A stretch of DNA of 64,000 bases from a bacterium. GTDB lineage: Bacteria; Patescibacteriota; Dojkabacteria; JAKAPS01; JAJZLI01. The position numbers and the translations under genes are program-made. The number at the start of each line of letters is the position of its first letter. The stretch's first letter is position 1. The notes beneath the pieces are model-generated. The model was given only the letters and a program-made list of their open reading frames with translations, did not search any database and was not told where the DNA came from. Shown in pieces: positions 29,586 to 43,494 of the stretch. The stretch spans positions 70,087 through 134,086 of the forward strand of contig JAKAWT010000001.1 in the NCBI GenBank assembly GCA_021816845.1, written 5' to 3'.

Positions 29586-29716
29586 ATCAAATTTTTGATA
29601 AAATAATTATAGACCCTAAGACCTAACAAAGATTATTAACCATTTTAAAAAAAAATACAATAATATATATAAAACCTATTAGATAGATAAAGTATTCTGA
29701 AGAAATAAATCTGTAA

Positions 29717-30490
<774 letters not shown>

Positions 30491-30506
30491 ATCGTATTTT
30501 ATTTTT

Positions 30507-30767
30507 CTAGGTAAAATTCACAAATACTTTAGCTTGATTATTTGTAAAGACCAAAATACCATTATCAATAGTAATAAATTTTTCCTCTTTGGATCCTTTT
30601 TCGAGGTATTTAATCTTACCTGATAATAATATAGATACAAAATTTATATGATTTTTAAGTATGTCAAAATCTCCAATTTGACTTTTTGCAGAGAAATGAG
30701 AGACCTCTCCATCAAATAATCCTCCTTTCAAAGATAATATTTTTAGGGTAAAATATTCTTTATCCAT
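30507..30767 (-). CDS. atpC: F0F1 ATP synthase subunit epsilon (N-terminal beta-sandwich only)
   Basis: 86 aa, in the last position of the atp operon, with an epsilon-like beta-sandwich pattern. No C-terminal helical hairpin. Confidence 0.65.
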   Translation of the reverse strand: MDKEYFTLKILSLKGGLFDGEVSHFSAKSQIGDFDILKNHINFVSILLSGKIKYLEKGSKEEKFITIDNGILVFTNNQAKVFVNFT

Positions 30768-30770
30768 AGT

Positions 30771-32988
<2,218 letters not shown>

Positions 32989-32992
<4 letters not shown>

Positions 32993-34389
32993 GATAGTAA
33001 AAATTTCATTAATTCTTGATTTTCAACATCTTCTTCTTTGAAATCAGATATATTTCTCAATTTCTTAATATTCCTTTTCATTTTATATACATCTTCTACT
33101 TTTATATCCATATAATGTGAGAGTACAACTGTAATTAATACTTTCTGTTCAAATAAAGTATATGATTCTCCAATATCTTGGTTAAATAGAATATTAATTT
33201 TTTCACCTCTATCCAAATCTGCAAGTACTGATGATGGCATATTAACTCCAAAATGAGAAAATTTATACGCTTGATCATATTTAATTAAGGCCATATTTAG
33301 TTTTTCTGATATAGATTGCATAAATATCTCCTGCACTCTTTTACCTATTCTAGATACTGAGATTCCAGTATTGATTGCTGGCCTTATTCCTTTTAAATAT
33401 AACTCCCTATCAAAAAAAAGTTGCCCATCTGTTATAGATATGACATTAGTAGGAATATATCCAGTGAAATCATTGTTCTGAACTGATATTATGGGAAGGG
33501 CAGTCAAAGATCCCTCGTTATTTTTCACCCTACCAGCTCTCTCAAGAAGTCTAGAGTGAAGAGAGAAAACATCAGCAGGATAAGAATCTTTACCTGGAAA
33601 AACACCCTCTATCAAGGATATTTCCCTATATGATTTAGCATGCTCTGTAAGATCATCATATACTATTATGACATCCTTTCCCATACTCCATAAAGCCTCT
33701 CCAATGGAACATCCTGCAAATGGAGCAAGATAGGACTCAACAGGAAGCAATTCTGCTTTAGCAACTAAAACAACAGAAAATTCCAGCGTTCCACTATCCT
33801 CAAGTGATGTGATAATGCTAGAGACTTGATCATTTGTCTTACCTATTAGTACATAAACAATAAGTGATTTATCTTTTTGGTTACGGATAAGATCAATAAG
33901 GAAAGTTGTCTTTCCAGTCTTATTATCTCCAAGGATAACTTCTCTTTGACCAAAAGCTAATGGGAATAATGTGTCTACAACAAGATTACCTGTTTCTATT
34001 TGTTTTTTTATATCATCCCTTTGTATTATTGATGGCGCATCCCTAAAAATATCCAATTCTTTTGTATCTAATATTTTTCCTTTCCCATCTAGAGGCTCTC
34101 CAAAAACATTTATTACTCTACCTAAAGTATTCAAACCAAAAGACACAGTAAGAGTATCTTGTAGAACTAAGGCCATTTGTCCGGGGATAATACCTCTATC
34201 TTCAATGAGTACAATCTTTGATATATCATCATTAATCTCATTAACAAATCCACGCGAATTAGATTCAAATAATATTTGGCTTCCAGTTTTTAAATTTCTA
34301 AAACCTCTAACCTCACAAAATATTGAGTTAACAGCAATAACTTCACCAACTGCAACCCCATTTTTTAAGTTCTCTTTAAAACTAATCAT
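32989..34389 (-). CDS. atpA: F0F1 ATP synthase subunit alpha
   Basis: Walker A (GDNKTGKTT) and alpha-type N-terminal beta-barrel. Confidence 0.9.
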
Positions 34390-34987
34390 TGGCTTTTATT
34401 TTTATATTGAAATCCTTTGATTCTAAATCATTTTGTATATCTTGATTTTTAGATACTACATCTCCCAATTTTGAATTTGTTGGATTGTGATCTATAGGAG
34501 CTATAATATCAATGATCTTATCAAGATTTTGGTTCAGTACATTAGAGTATGAGAAATCAAAATATGAGAAAGATGTTTTTAATACTACTCCTCCTCCTAT
34601 AGAATGATCTATCTTGTATGCAATGATAACATTCCCTTTAATTTTTTCTCTGAAGAAATTATATAATTTATCTTTGAAATCATCTGTAGCCTCTAAAGAT
34701 AATATTACATATATTTTTTTAGTATTCTTTTTAAAATCTAATAGAGCTGATTGTAATCGTTTTAGTTCTTCTATATCATCTGTTACTTTTCCATCTGTAC
34801 TGATCCCATAAGTATTAGAAAGCAAACTTAAAAGTGAAGTATTAATAACAAAATCACCCTCAAAATTGACATCTACTCTTCTTTGTATATCTCTAAATTC
34901 TATAAATTTTATATACAGATTCAAAGACCTAATACAAATATTAAGATATTCTATATCTCTAATTTTTGAAGCTAAATTATAATCCAT
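34382..34987 (-). CDS. atpH: F0F1 ATP synthase subunit delta (OSCP-like) with a C-terminal extension
   Basis: VIIAYKIDHSIGGGVVLKTSFSYFDFSYSNVLNQ resembles the delta C-domain. Operon position fits. Confidence 0.55.
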   Translation of the reverse strand: MDYNLASKIRDIEYLNICIRSLNLYIKFIEFRDIQRRVDVNFEGDFVINTSLLSLLSNTYGISTDGKVTDDIEELKRLQSALLDFKKNTKKIYVILSLEATDDFKDKLYNFFREKIKGNVIIAYKIDHSIGGGVVLKTSFSYFDFSYSNVLNQNLDKIIDIIAPIDHNPTNSKLGDVVSKNQDIQNDLESKDFNIKIKAND

Positions 34988-35837
34988 ACCTTATTTCATC
35001 TATATGTTTTTCTAAGATATCAAAAATATAATCTTCTTGATCTTCTAAAGATACAGTGATATTCAAAACTTCTTTTATAACATTAACTATTACTAAAGCT
35101 GAGTCCTTTCTTATTGAATTAATAAAGTCTTCCCTAAGCTTCTTTGCATCTTCATTTAATTGATCAGAAAAAACACTTACTTTTTCTTTTTCTTGGTTTG
35201 CAACATCATCTAGTATCTTGGTAGTTTTAGATCCAATCTCTTGGAGATAATTATTATATATTTCCATATTCATTTTGGAAAATGAATCTATGCTTTGATT
35301 AATCTTATTCAAAACTTCCTCTATAGTTTTTGAAATTTCCGCTTGAGATCCTGAAAGCATTGTCTGATAAGCACTTTCAAAACTTTGCACTTGTGCTTCT
35401 AGATTTCTATTTATATCCTGTAACCCTGAGACAAGAACATTGGAAGAATCAGACATAGCTGACTCTTGGGTGGAAAGATTCTTTTCTATCTCAGCAATTT
35501 TTTTGTTATATATATCTGTGAGCTTATTTTTAAAATCTTCTTCTATTTTTTTATACAGTTCTTGTATAACAAACGATTCATTGTTAACTTCATTAATAAT
35601 ATCTGTAGTCTTGTTCTCTACTTCACCAACAATTTTATTTACATCTTTATTGTCTATATTTGCAGATTTTAGTATAACCTTTGAATCTAAACCTTTAGTG
35701 TCAATTGAATTTTTATTAACCCCAGCATCAAGATGTCCAGCATCAGGATGCCCAGATTTAGAACGCATCAGGTAGAAAACGAGTAACAAAAACAATAATA
35801 TAAGTAAAACTATTACAATTATAACAATCAGTAACAT
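34977..35837 (-). CDS. atpF: ATP synthase subunit b-like protein (N-terminal TM plus long coiled coil). Unusually long at 286 aa.
   Basis: Single N-terminal TM helix (LLIVIIVIVLLILLFLLLVFYL) and an E/K/Q-rich helical body. First gene of the atp block. Identity inferred mainly from position. Confidence 0.45.
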   Translation of the reverse strand: MLLIVIIVIVLLILLFLLLVFYLMRSKSGHPDAGHLDAGVNKNSIDTKGLDSKVILKSANIDNKDVNKIVGEVENKTTDIINEVNNESFVIQELYKKIEEDFKNKLTDIYNKKIAEIEKNLSTQESAMSDSSNVLVSGLQDINRNLEAQVQSFESAYQTMLSGSQAEISKTIEEVLNKINQSIDSFSKMNMEIYNNYLQEIGSKTTKILDDVANQEKEKVSVFSDQLNEDAKKLREDFINSIRKDSALVIVNVIKEVLNITVSLEDQEDYIFDILEKHIDEIRYGL

Positions 35838-35950
35838 AGTATTAATTTAGCAATTTTATAAGTTTTTTACAAATTGGTATGGATGAGGCATATATGTAGA
35901 AATCATAATTTGACTATTCATATTATTTTATATACATTTATGAATATATT

Positions 35951-36772
35951 ATGGATGTTAAAATTTTTTATAAATCATTACTTCTTCTGTTTTTATCATC
36001 ATTATTCCTATTTGTCCCTATTAGAGATATAAATGCAAATAGCATTGGTAACATAGCACAAAACTATATTGCTTTAACTCACGGAATGCAAACTGGAGAA
36101 ATAGTATCATTAATATCAAAAAATACTTTTGCAGGAGTATATCCATCAGCAAAACCCAATGACCCTAATGTTTTTGGGGTAATTGATTTTAATAGTACTG
36201 TAATTACAGGAATAACAGCTCCTAATAGAATCCCTATTATTCAATCAGGAACAATTAATGTATACGTATCAAACTTAAATGGAAATATCCAAAAAGGTGA
36301 TCTTATAACTTCATCAATAGTTCCTGGAGTAGGAGAAAAAAATACAAATACAGGAATGGTAATAGGTGTAGCTAATGCATCTTTTTTGAAGAGTAATATA
36401 ATAAAAACAGAAACTATAAATGTGAAAGGTAAAAATGTCAAAATAAGTATAGAAAAAATTCCAGTACTATTAAGTTTTCAAGAATATTATGATAACAATG
36501 CCCTACAAAGCCAATTTAATGGATTTCTTCCAAATTTTATAAAAAAAGGAGTTTCTTTTGTAAATATCATCATAGCTATAATTATAGTATTGATGGGTTT
36601 TATAATTTTTCTAATTGGAACTTTATCATCATTAAGACAGCTTATGGGTGCTATGATAAGAAATCCTACATCAAAAAGATTAGCAATAAATAGTGCGATA
36701 ATAGTCATTTTTATATTACTTTTAATTTTCATCCTTACAATAGCTATGGGTTATGCATTCTTAGTAATATAA
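35951..36772 (+). CDS. family C protein: secreted domain plus C-terminal 2-TM hairpin (RNP loop). Paralog of 29738..30490. First gene of the surface-protein cluster.
   Basis: Signal peptide with cleavage-like site (ANS), conserved GNIQKGD/IPGVGEK blocks, and C-terminal LRQLMGAMIRNPTSKRLAINSAIIVIFILLLIFILTIAMGYAFLVI. Confidence 0.55.
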   Translation: MDVKIFYKSLLLLFLSSLFLFVPIRDINANSIGNIAQNYIALTHGMQTGEIVSLISKNTFAGVYPSAKPNDPNVFGVIDFNSTVITGITAPNRIPIIQSGTINVYVSNLNGNIQKGDLITSSIVPGVGEKNTNTGMVIGVANASFLKSNIIKTETINVKGKNVKISIEKIPVLLSFQEYYDNNALQSQFNGFLPNFIKKGVSFVNIIIAIIIVLMGFIIFLIGTLSSLRQLMGAMIRNPTSKRLAINSAIIVIFILLLIFILTIAMGYAFLVI

Positions 36773-36831
36773 ATTAAAGTCTTATTGACAAATACTGGCA
36801 ATTATTATAAATTGATATAAATTAATATAAG

Positions 36832-37950
36832 ATGAATAAAAATATGAAAATAATGAAAAGAATGGCGTTAAGGATAACAAATATATTCTTAATATTATCT
36901 TTATCGTTATATGCTTTTTCAGCATTACCTTTCTTAGCTAATACAGATGCAGCATCTTTGACTCCATTAACTGATGTTATGTCTAATTCTGGAGGATATG
37001 GGACAGGTGGCCCTCAAACAGTTTCAACTGCGAATGTATCTCACTCTTTTTCGTATACAACCCCAACTGCATATACAACCTCAAGTACTATTGATATATA
37101 TATACAAACAGCATCATCAATAGGTGGAGGTGAAGCAGCTACTGCTTTCTCTTCTGTAGCTGCAACTACCTCTACTGTAACAGTAAATGGTACTGCTGCA
37201 ACTGCAGTGACTCTAACAAATGGGGTATCAGATTCTAATTTTGCTGGATACACATTTACTGAAGTTGCAATTACTGTACCTGTAGCTATATCATCTGGTG
37301 CAACTGTTACAATAAATGGTATTACTGCAACTAACCCTTCTACTGCTTCATCATCAACAAATCAGTATGTTATTGATATCCAAGACTCAAATGGTAATGA
37401 CGGATATATGGCTGTACCTATAGTCACTAATGCATCAGTTGCCGTAACAGGAAGAGTTACCCCTTCTATAAATTTTAGCCTATCATCAAATACAACATCA
37501 TTTGGGGTAATGCAACTTGGAGTAGTTAACACATCGTCACCTGCAACAACATTGACCGTTTCAACAAATGCTCAATCTGGTGCAGTTGTATATGTATATG
37601 ATCATGGTAATGGAACATCTGGAGGTTTATATAACTCTATAGCAAATCATCTTATCCCATCATCTAGTACAACTTTAGCTGGAGGAACTGAAGGATATGG
37701 TATTAATGCTGCAACTACTTCAACCAGTGGTACTGGAGGAGTTATAGGTACAATGTCTGTATCATCACCATATAATGGGACAGGAGATGCAGTTGGAGCT
37801 TTAGCTTTATCATCTACAACTCTAGCCACTGGTACAGCTCCCATGTACGGAGTTACTATACAAGTAAACTATCTTGCAGCTATCAGCGTCACTACCCCTG
37901 CTGGTATATACAATGATGATGTAACCTACGTAGCTACTGGAAAATTCTAA
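36832..37950 (+). CDS. family A secreted S/T/A-rich protein. Conserved N-terminus SLTPLTDVMSN and C-terminal module ...VNYLAAISVTTPAGIYNDDVTYVATGKF.
   Basis: Signal peptide (…LANTDA^AS). The C-terminal ~130 aa align with 39931..40890 and 45562..47439 (TGRVTPSINFSLSSNTTSFGV..., TEGYGINA..., SPYNGTGDAVGAL). Confidence 0.6.
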   Translation: MNKNMKIMKRMALRITNIFLILSLSLYAFSALPFLANTDAASLTPLTDVMSNSGGYGTGGPQTVSTANVSHSFSYTTPTAYTTSSTIDIYIQTASSIGGGEAATAFSSVAATTSTVTVNGTAATAVTLTNGVSDSNFAGYTFTEVAITVPVAISSGATVTINGITATNPSTASSSTNQYVIDIQDSNGNDGYMAVPIVTNASVAVTGRVTPSINFSLSSNTTSFGVMQLGVVNTSSPATTLTVSTNAQSGAVVYVYDHGNGTSGGLYNSIANHLIPSSSTTLAGGTEGYGINAATTSTSGTGGVIGTMSVSSPYNGTGDAVGALALSSTTLATGTAPMYGVTIQVNYLAAISVTTPAGIYNDDVTYVATGKF

Positions 37951-37975
37951 AATATAGATAGTATTTGGGTAATTA

Positions 37976-38977
37976 ATGAAAAATTTTATAGTCTCTAAAA
38001 AAACATATATTGTTTTTGTAACAGTTTTAATAATATTATTACTCTCCCCTATTAATTCTTTTGCACAGCAACCAAACAGCACATCTACATTTTCTGGTGC
38101 TTTAAACTCCTCAACAAAATCTCATGAAGGAGCTACAACAAGTGGTATTACAGTATCACCTCTTCTAACGACAATATTTCTGAATAAAACAGAGAACTCT
38201 ACCCAATATATAACTTTATTTAATAACAACTCAACCCCAATAACTGTCAGTTTAGCATTCTCCAATTTTATATCAAAAAACCAATTTGGAGCACCTGAAT
38301 TTTTAGGTTTTTCAAAAGGACAAATACAGGATACAAATTTATTAATACAATCTCCTACTTCTATAACGCTTCCACCTTTAAAAACAATAAAAGTACCGTT
38401 AACAATTCTCACAAATAATAATACTCAACCAGGAGAATACTTCATTGGAGCTTTTGCTGTCATTAAAGGAAATACTATTAGATCAGCACCGGTATCTATA
38501 GCTACAAATTCTGCTATAGGATCATTATTTTTAATTAGAATTAATGGAAAAGTTTCTGAGACAGGATATATACAATCTTTTTCTGCAACAAAAAGTTTGT
38601 TTACTGGTGGGGCTGTAAACTTTCAGGCAATATTTAAAGACACAGGGAACGTAGACCTTATACCTCAAGGAGTAATTGATATATATAATATGTTTGGGAA
38701 GAGAGTAGCAAGTATTACATTTAACCAAAATAGAGCTATAGTCCTACCTGTTGGTGTGAATAGTAGAATATATAATTCTTCATGGAATCCTGAATCTTTG
38801 GCTTTTGGAGAATTCACAGCAAAATTATTTTTAACATATGGAACAACTACAGTAACAACCATATATCAATCTACAAATTTTTGGATAATACCTTTATGGC
38901 TTGAAATACTTGCAATAATAATAGTTATACTTATAGTTACATGGATAGTAAGGTTACGCTTAAAATTAAGGACATAA
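37976..38977 (+). CDS. family B protein: secreted ~270-aa domain, C-terminal TM anchor and basic tail (…WIVRLRLKLRT)
   Basis: Signal peptide (…NSFA^QQ). Shares LIRINGKVSETGYIQSFSATK with ITINGKIISSGYIQNFGATK in 44642..45568, and a similar architecture with 42390..43304. Confidence 0.6.
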   Translation: MKNFIVSKKTYIVFVTVLIILLLSPINSFAQQPNSTSTFSGALNSSTKSHEGATTSGITVSPLLTTIFLNKTENSTQYITLFNNNSTPITVSLAFSNFISKNQFGAPEFLGFSKGQIQDTNLLIQSPTSITLPPLKTIKVPLTILTNNNTQPGEYFIGAFAVIKGNTIRSAPVSIATNSAIGSLFLIRINGKVSETGYIQSFSATKSLFTGGAVNFQAIFKDTGNVDLIPQGVIDIYNMFGKRVASITFNQNRAIVLPVGVNSRIYNSSWNPESLAFGEFTAKLFLTYGTTTVTTIYQSTNFWIIPLWLEILAIIIVILIVTWIVRLRLKLRT

Positions 38978-39882
38978 TACCTAGACACCTAGTGTCTGAA
39001 CACATTATCTTAACAAATAAAAGTTTAAGTAACTTAATTAGTTATATTGTATCTTTAGTATTTTTATTCATATCTTTGTTTATCTTGATAATAAACATTT
39101 CTTCCTCAGTGTATGCCCAGAATTTTTCACAACCATTTACCCAAAGTGCAGGTAAACAAACTGTAAATATTCACGCTTATGCCCCACTACTAGATAACTG
39201 GGCATATATAATATCCAGTCAGGGGAAAATATATATTAGACAAGAAAATACGATATATATGAATGAAAAGATTCCTGTATATGTACAAACATTTGGAACA
39301 AATAAAACACCACTCCGTGATCAAACAATTTTTCTGTCATCACCTGATACGAAATATGGTCTACATATAATCGAGCCTAAAATCCCAACAAATGTTAAAG
39401 GATTAACAATCGGCTATATAACATCAACATACAATCAACCTATTATGTACACAATCATAGCAACTGACACGACATATGCAGAAGCCCCAGTAGTATTTAA
39501 AAACATGCTTCAAGTACAATACTATCCATCAAGAAACTATAAGCCTCCATTCTTTACAAATATTCTTAATTCCTTAGGAAATTTATTCTCATCAACAACA
39601 AATATCTTAGATATATTTAGTATTGTCATTGCAATTATCACATTTTTAATAGTGGAAAGAAAATTGCTAATATCAAAAATATCTATAACAATACAAAATC
39701 AATATAGAGTTTTATTTGGTATGCTAAGGATCTTAGTGATACCATATATTATATCAATTTTTGCGTTATACAACCAACACTCATTAATTAATTATATATC
39801 TATTGCACTCCTTGTACTGGTTAGTGTACATTTTATATTAGTATATATAAAAAATCTGAAGGAAGCAGTCTCTAAATCTTAG
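38941..39882 (+). CDS. membrane protein: N-terminal anchor, ~170-aa extracytoplasmic domain and a C-terminal 3-TM domain. Start uncertain.
   Basis: Overlaps the previous gene by 37 nt, so the real start may be further downstream. Hydrophobic C-terminal segments: IFSIVIAIITFLIV, VLFGMLRILVIPYIISIFALY, ISIALLVLVSVHFILVYI. Confidence 0.45.
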   Translation: MDSKVTLKIKDIIPRHLVSEHIILTNKSLSNLISYIVSLVFLFISLFILIINISSSVYAQNFSQPFTQSAGKQTVNIHAYAPLLDNWAYIISSQGKIYIRQENTIYMNEKIPVYVQTFGTNKTPLRDQTIFLSSPDTKYGLHIIEPKIPTNVKGLTIGYITSTYNQPIMYTIIATDTTYAEAPVVFKNMLQVQYYPSRNYKPPFFTNILNSLGNLFSSTTNILDIFSIVIAIITFLIVERKLLISKISITIQNQYRVLFGMLRILVIPYIISIFALYNQHSLINYISIALLVLVSVHFILVYIKNLKEAVSKS

Positions 39883-39930
39883 GATACAGATTTTAGAGAT
39901 TGTATTGCTTGATAATATAAAGATATAAAT

Positions 39931-40890
39931 ATGAACACTTTAACTAAGGATAACCTTAACAAAATTAAAAAAAGTGTGTTAGTTTTGGTACTTATATTAT
40001 TAGTATTGTCTACAGGTATTTTATATTCTGTAAATGCAGCAACACTGACTCCAATATCAGATACTATGTCAAACCAAACAGTATCAGTGTCATCAGCAAA
40101 TAATTTCTCATTTGATGCAGTATCTGGTATTCCAGCTTCAGGAACAGTGACCATAACATTTCCATCAGGGTTTACTTCTGTAGCAGTGACTTCAGCAACA
40201 TCATCTATGTCAGGTGCAACATTTTCAGTTACTGGTAATGTTGTAACAGTAACAAACGGTACTACTGCTGTAACAGCCGGAACTACAGTAACGATATCTA
40301 ATATAACAGCCATAAATCCTAGTACAGCATCATCTACATCTACTCAATATATTATTACAATATCTGATTCAGGAGGTGACAACGCATCAATTGCTGTTGC
40401 CATAGTAACAAGCTCTCAAGTAACTATATCTGCAACAGTAAATCCTACAATAACTTTTTCAATCTCGTCCAATAGTATAAGTTTTGGTGTGTTAACTGCA
40501 ACCACAGTTTCATCTCAAACTAATACATTAACACTTTCAACTAATGCTTCTAAAGGGGCTAATATCACAGTCTATGACCTTAATGCTGGACTATTACAAA
40601 ATGTCTCATCTGGACACTTAATTGCATCTTCTACAGCAACCCTATCTGCAGGAACAGAAGGGTATGGTATTAATGGATCTGGGGCGGGAGGATTAACAGT
40701 TGTATCTCCGTATAATGGCACAGGTGATGCGGTTGGAGCATTGGTAAAGACAGCGCAAAATTTAGCATCCATATCTGTACCAGTATCAGGAGGGACAGTA
40801 ACTGTAAATTATTTGGCTGCAATATCTGCCGTAACCCCAGCAGGAACATATGCTGATACAATAACATATATAGCTACAGGGAATTTTTAG
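39931..40890 (+). CDS. family A secreted protein (N-terminus ATLTPISDTMSNQ, C-terminus ...VNYLAAISAVTPAGTYADTITYIATGNF)
   Basis: Signal peptide (…SVNA^AT). Shares a ~270-nt near-identical DNA segment with 45562..47439. The C-terminal module is conserved with 36832..37950. Confidence 0.6.
   Translation: MNTLTKDNLNKIKKSVLVLVLILLVLSTGILYSVNAATLTPISDTMSNQTVSVSSANNFSFDAVSGIPASGTVTITFPSGFTSVAVTSATSSMSGATFSVTGNVVTVTNGTTAVTAGTTVTISNITAINPSTASSTSTQYIITISDSGGDNASIAVAIVTSSQVTISATVNPTITFSISSNSISFGVLTATTVSSQTNTLTLSTNASKGANITVYDLNAGLLQNVSSGHLIASSTATLSAGTEGYGINGSGAGGLTVVSPYNGTGDAVGALVKTAQNLASISVPVSGGTVTVNYLAAISAVTPAGTYADTITYIATGNF
40069..40330. repeat. ~270-bp near-identical direct repeat, copy 1 (inside 39931..40890)
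   Basis: Sequence starting ATCAGATACTATGTCAAACCAAACAGTATCAG and running to ...ACTACAGTAACGATATCTAATATAACAGC is ~95% identical to 45675..45945. Confidence 0.8.
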
Positions 40891-40964
40891 AAATTTACTT
40901 TATAAGAATCATCTAGATATATTTAATATTAAACTCTATTCTGCTATTATTTATATATTAAAGT

Positions 40965-42386
40965 ATGAAAAAATATATATTCCTCTTTATATTTTGTTTT
41001 ATAATATTATTTGTACCAAAGATACTGGTGCCTGAAACCGTTCTTGCCCAAAATTATGTATCTACAGACTATATTTTATCAGATCCAGTTTTTGGAGAAT
41101 CAGGTCCTTATGTATCATCTCCATCATTTAAAGAGAGAAGTGCTCTTGGACAAACAGCTACAGGTATATCACAAAGTACCAATTTTATTTTAAAATCAGG
41201 ATTTGAATATTATTCTGGACAATCTGTTCCATCAATTACAATGTCACTAAATACCAATTTGATTAACTTCAATACTGTAGCTCCAAATACAATAGTCAAA
41301 TCTCCAACAAATTCAATCATTACAATATCATCCAATGCAGAATCTGGATATAACCTTTATATAGAGCAAAATAATAATCTTACAAACCAACAAGGGGATA
41401 CTATACCTCAAGTTTCAAATGGAGCAACTACAACTACTGCAGCACCATGGACATCGGCATCATATTATGGTTTAGGATATAACTGTTCTTCAGCGAATAC
41501 GTATGAACAAGCAGTTCTTGTAAATTCTCCAATTGGATTCTGGTCACTAGGAGAAACAACAGGTACTACAGCATACGATTTATCTGGAAACGGGAACAAT
41601 GGAACATATACAGGAGGATATACTCAAGGAGCCCCTGGCCCTATATCTAATTCTAATTTGGGAAATTCTACACTATTTAATGGATCTAATTCATATGTAT
41701 CACTCCCAAATGTAATACAACCATATACAATAATTACTATATCCTTATGGTTTAAAACAACATCTGATGGAATAATATTAGGATATCAAAATGCTACGGT
41801 AGGATCGGCTCAAAATGATTATGTACCAATTATATACATAGGAACTGATGGTAAATTAAGAGCTGAATTATGGAATGGTTTAGTTGATCCTATAACTACA
41901 ACTAATACTGTCAATGATGGTAGATGGCATAATATTACTCTGGTTGCAAACTCCACTACTCAAAGTTTATATTTTGACAATTCTCTTGTAGGTACATTAT
42001 CTGGAACAATAACTAATTTAACTATGACTTATAATCAGTTAGGTACTGGGTACGGATCAAGTTGGCCATCAACAAATGGATCATGGTTTTACTTTAAAGG
42101 AGGTATCTCTAACGTATCTATATATACATCTGCCTTATCATCTTCTCAAATACAAACCCTTTTTAATGATGGTATAAATTCTACTCAAGCGTTTTGTTCT
42201 CCCGATTTTATAAATACAAATTATTATAGACAACTATCATCTACAACAAATACTGAATTTGCATCATATTCCTCTATAGCAACAAACCAAACAATAACTG
42301 TTGGTTATGCAGTTAATGTATCAAACATTCAAGCATCAGGAATATATACAAACAATATTATATATACATTAACAGGAAATTACTAA
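40965..42386 (+). CDS. secreted protein with a LamG/concanavalin-A-like lectin domain and a family-A-like C-terminal end (…IIYTLTGNY)
   Basis: YDLSGNGNNGTYTGG...GAPGPI...LFNGSNSYVSLPN...ITISLWFKT...DGRWHNITLV is the LamG_3/ConA-like jelly-roll pattern. The C-terminal ...ASGIYTNNIIYTLTGNY is like the family A ends. Confidence 0.6.
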   Translation: MKKYIFLFIFCFIILFVPKILVPETVLAQNYVSTDYILSDPVFGESGPYVSSPSFKERSALGQTATGISQSTNFILKSGFEYYSGQSVPSITMSLNTNLINFNTVAPNTIVKSPTNSIITISSNAESGYNLYIEQNNNLTNQQGDTIPQVSNGATTTTAAPWTSASYYGLGYNCSSANTYEQAVLVNSPIGFWSLGETTGTTAYDLSGNGNNGTYTGGYTQGAPGPISNSNLGNSTLFNGSNSYVSLPNVIQPYTIITISLWFKTTSDGIILGYQNATVGSAQNDYVPIIYIGTDGKLRAELWNGLVDPITTTNTVNDGRWHNITLVANSTTQSLYFDNSLVGTLSGTITNLTMTYNQLGTGYGSSWPSTNGSWFYFKGGISNVSIYTSALSSSQIQTLFNDGINSTQAFCSPDFINTNYYRQLSSTTNTEFASYSSIATNQTITVGYAVNVSNIQASGIYTNNIIYTLTGNY

Positions 42387-42389
42387 ATT

Positions 42390-43304
42390 ATGCAATTAAT
42401 CAAAAAATTTATAATTTCAATTATAGTATTATCGTTTCCTCTTGTATCCTCAATAAATACCTTCGCAATCTCGCCACAGGAAAGTATAAGAGTTACCCCT
42501 GCTTATATATCTCTAACTGAAAAATCCGGATCAAGTGCGTATGAGAATCTATCAATATTCAATAATTCCAACACTACTTTAAATCTTAATATATATACAC
42601 GAGGTATACAGTATGATCATAAAAAATTGATACTTATAAATTCTATATTACAATCTAATATTGAAAATTGGATTTCTATAAAAACTACAAAAATAAGTGT
42701 ACAACCACATAAAACACAGAATGTGCCAGTATATATTAATGTACCAAAAAATGAGAAATATGGTTCATACAATGGTGGAATAGTTATTTCAAATATACCA
42801 CAATCAAAAGTAGGAAATTCTACAATATTCGGAAGAATAATTGTGAACGTTTTTGTGAATATAAGAGGAAAAAATAAAGGATACTCAAATATAAATATAT
42901 CAAATTTAAATCACCCTTCTTTAGTATTTCAAAATTCAGCAATATTAAATTTAGAAACTTATAATCCTGGCCCGTATAATAATGCATATAAAACTAATAT
43001 TTACACATCATCAATATTCGGTTTATCAAATACTAATATTGGTAGAATAGGATTAGAAAATATACTTGTAGGGCAAAAAAGATACAATACTGTAGATTTA
43101 AAAAATTTAAAAATAGGTATAAATTATGTACAGATACAGCTTTCAAATATAGGTAATAATACTAAATCAAATGTGAATTTTACTATTTTCTATATACCAT
43201 TCTATACGATATATATTCTAATACTTATATTAATAGTAATATTTATGTACCATCTATATAGATTAAGAAAAATACAAAGAAAATTAAAAAACCGTAAGCA
43301 ATAA
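42390..43304 (+). CDS. family B protein: secreted domain, C-terminal TM anchor and basic tail (…YRLRKIQRKLKNRKQ)
   Basis: Signal peptide (…NTFA^IS) and the same architecture as 37976..38977 and 44642..45568. Confidence 0.55.
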   Translation: MQLIKKFIISIIVLSFPLVSSINTFAISPQESIRVTPAYISLTEKSGSSAYENLSIFNNSNTTLNLNIYTRGIQYDHKKLILINSILQSNIENWISIKTTKISVQPHKTQNVPVYINVPKNEKYGSYNGGIVISNIPQSKVGNSTIFGRIIVNVFVNIRGKNKGYSNINISNLNHPSLVFQNSAILNLETYNPGPYNNAYKTNIYTSSIFGLSNTNIGRIGLENILVGQKRYNTVDLKNLKIGINYVQIQLSNIGNNTKSNVNFTIFYIPFYTIYILILILIVIFMYHLYRLRKIQRKLKNRKQ

Positions 43305-43494
43305 TCATTATTAAATTCTGTAATAGTTGATTGATTAAAATTTCATGGTAAAAAATACTAAATATACCATTTTTTTTAAATCTCAACTTCCACTATATAT
43401 GTTTTAGCTATTTTGAATTTTTTCATATAACTATTATTACATTAAACAACCTAGTTACTAAATACTAATATATCTATGTATTTAGATTTTATCG

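Noticed and set aside
39879-40313. 144-aa minus-strand ORF (MAVILDIVTVVPAVTAVVPF...), with a near-duplicate at 45555..45914
   Set aside because: Both lie antisense inside the conserved N-terminal regions of family-A genes 39931..40890 and 45562..47439. Their mutual similarity is a by-product of the ~270-bp DNA repeat. The T/S/A-rich sense codons (ACN/GCN/GTN) leave the opposite strand open. No independent coding evidence.
37041-40867. Minus- and plus-strand short ORFs inside family-A genes (37041..37253, 37647..37844, 37822..38082, 40572..40772, 40670..40867)
   Set aside because: These are antisense or frame-shifted readings of the Thr/Ser/Ala/Gly-rich surface-protein genes. Such codon composition keeps alternative frames open. 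There is no motif or context support.
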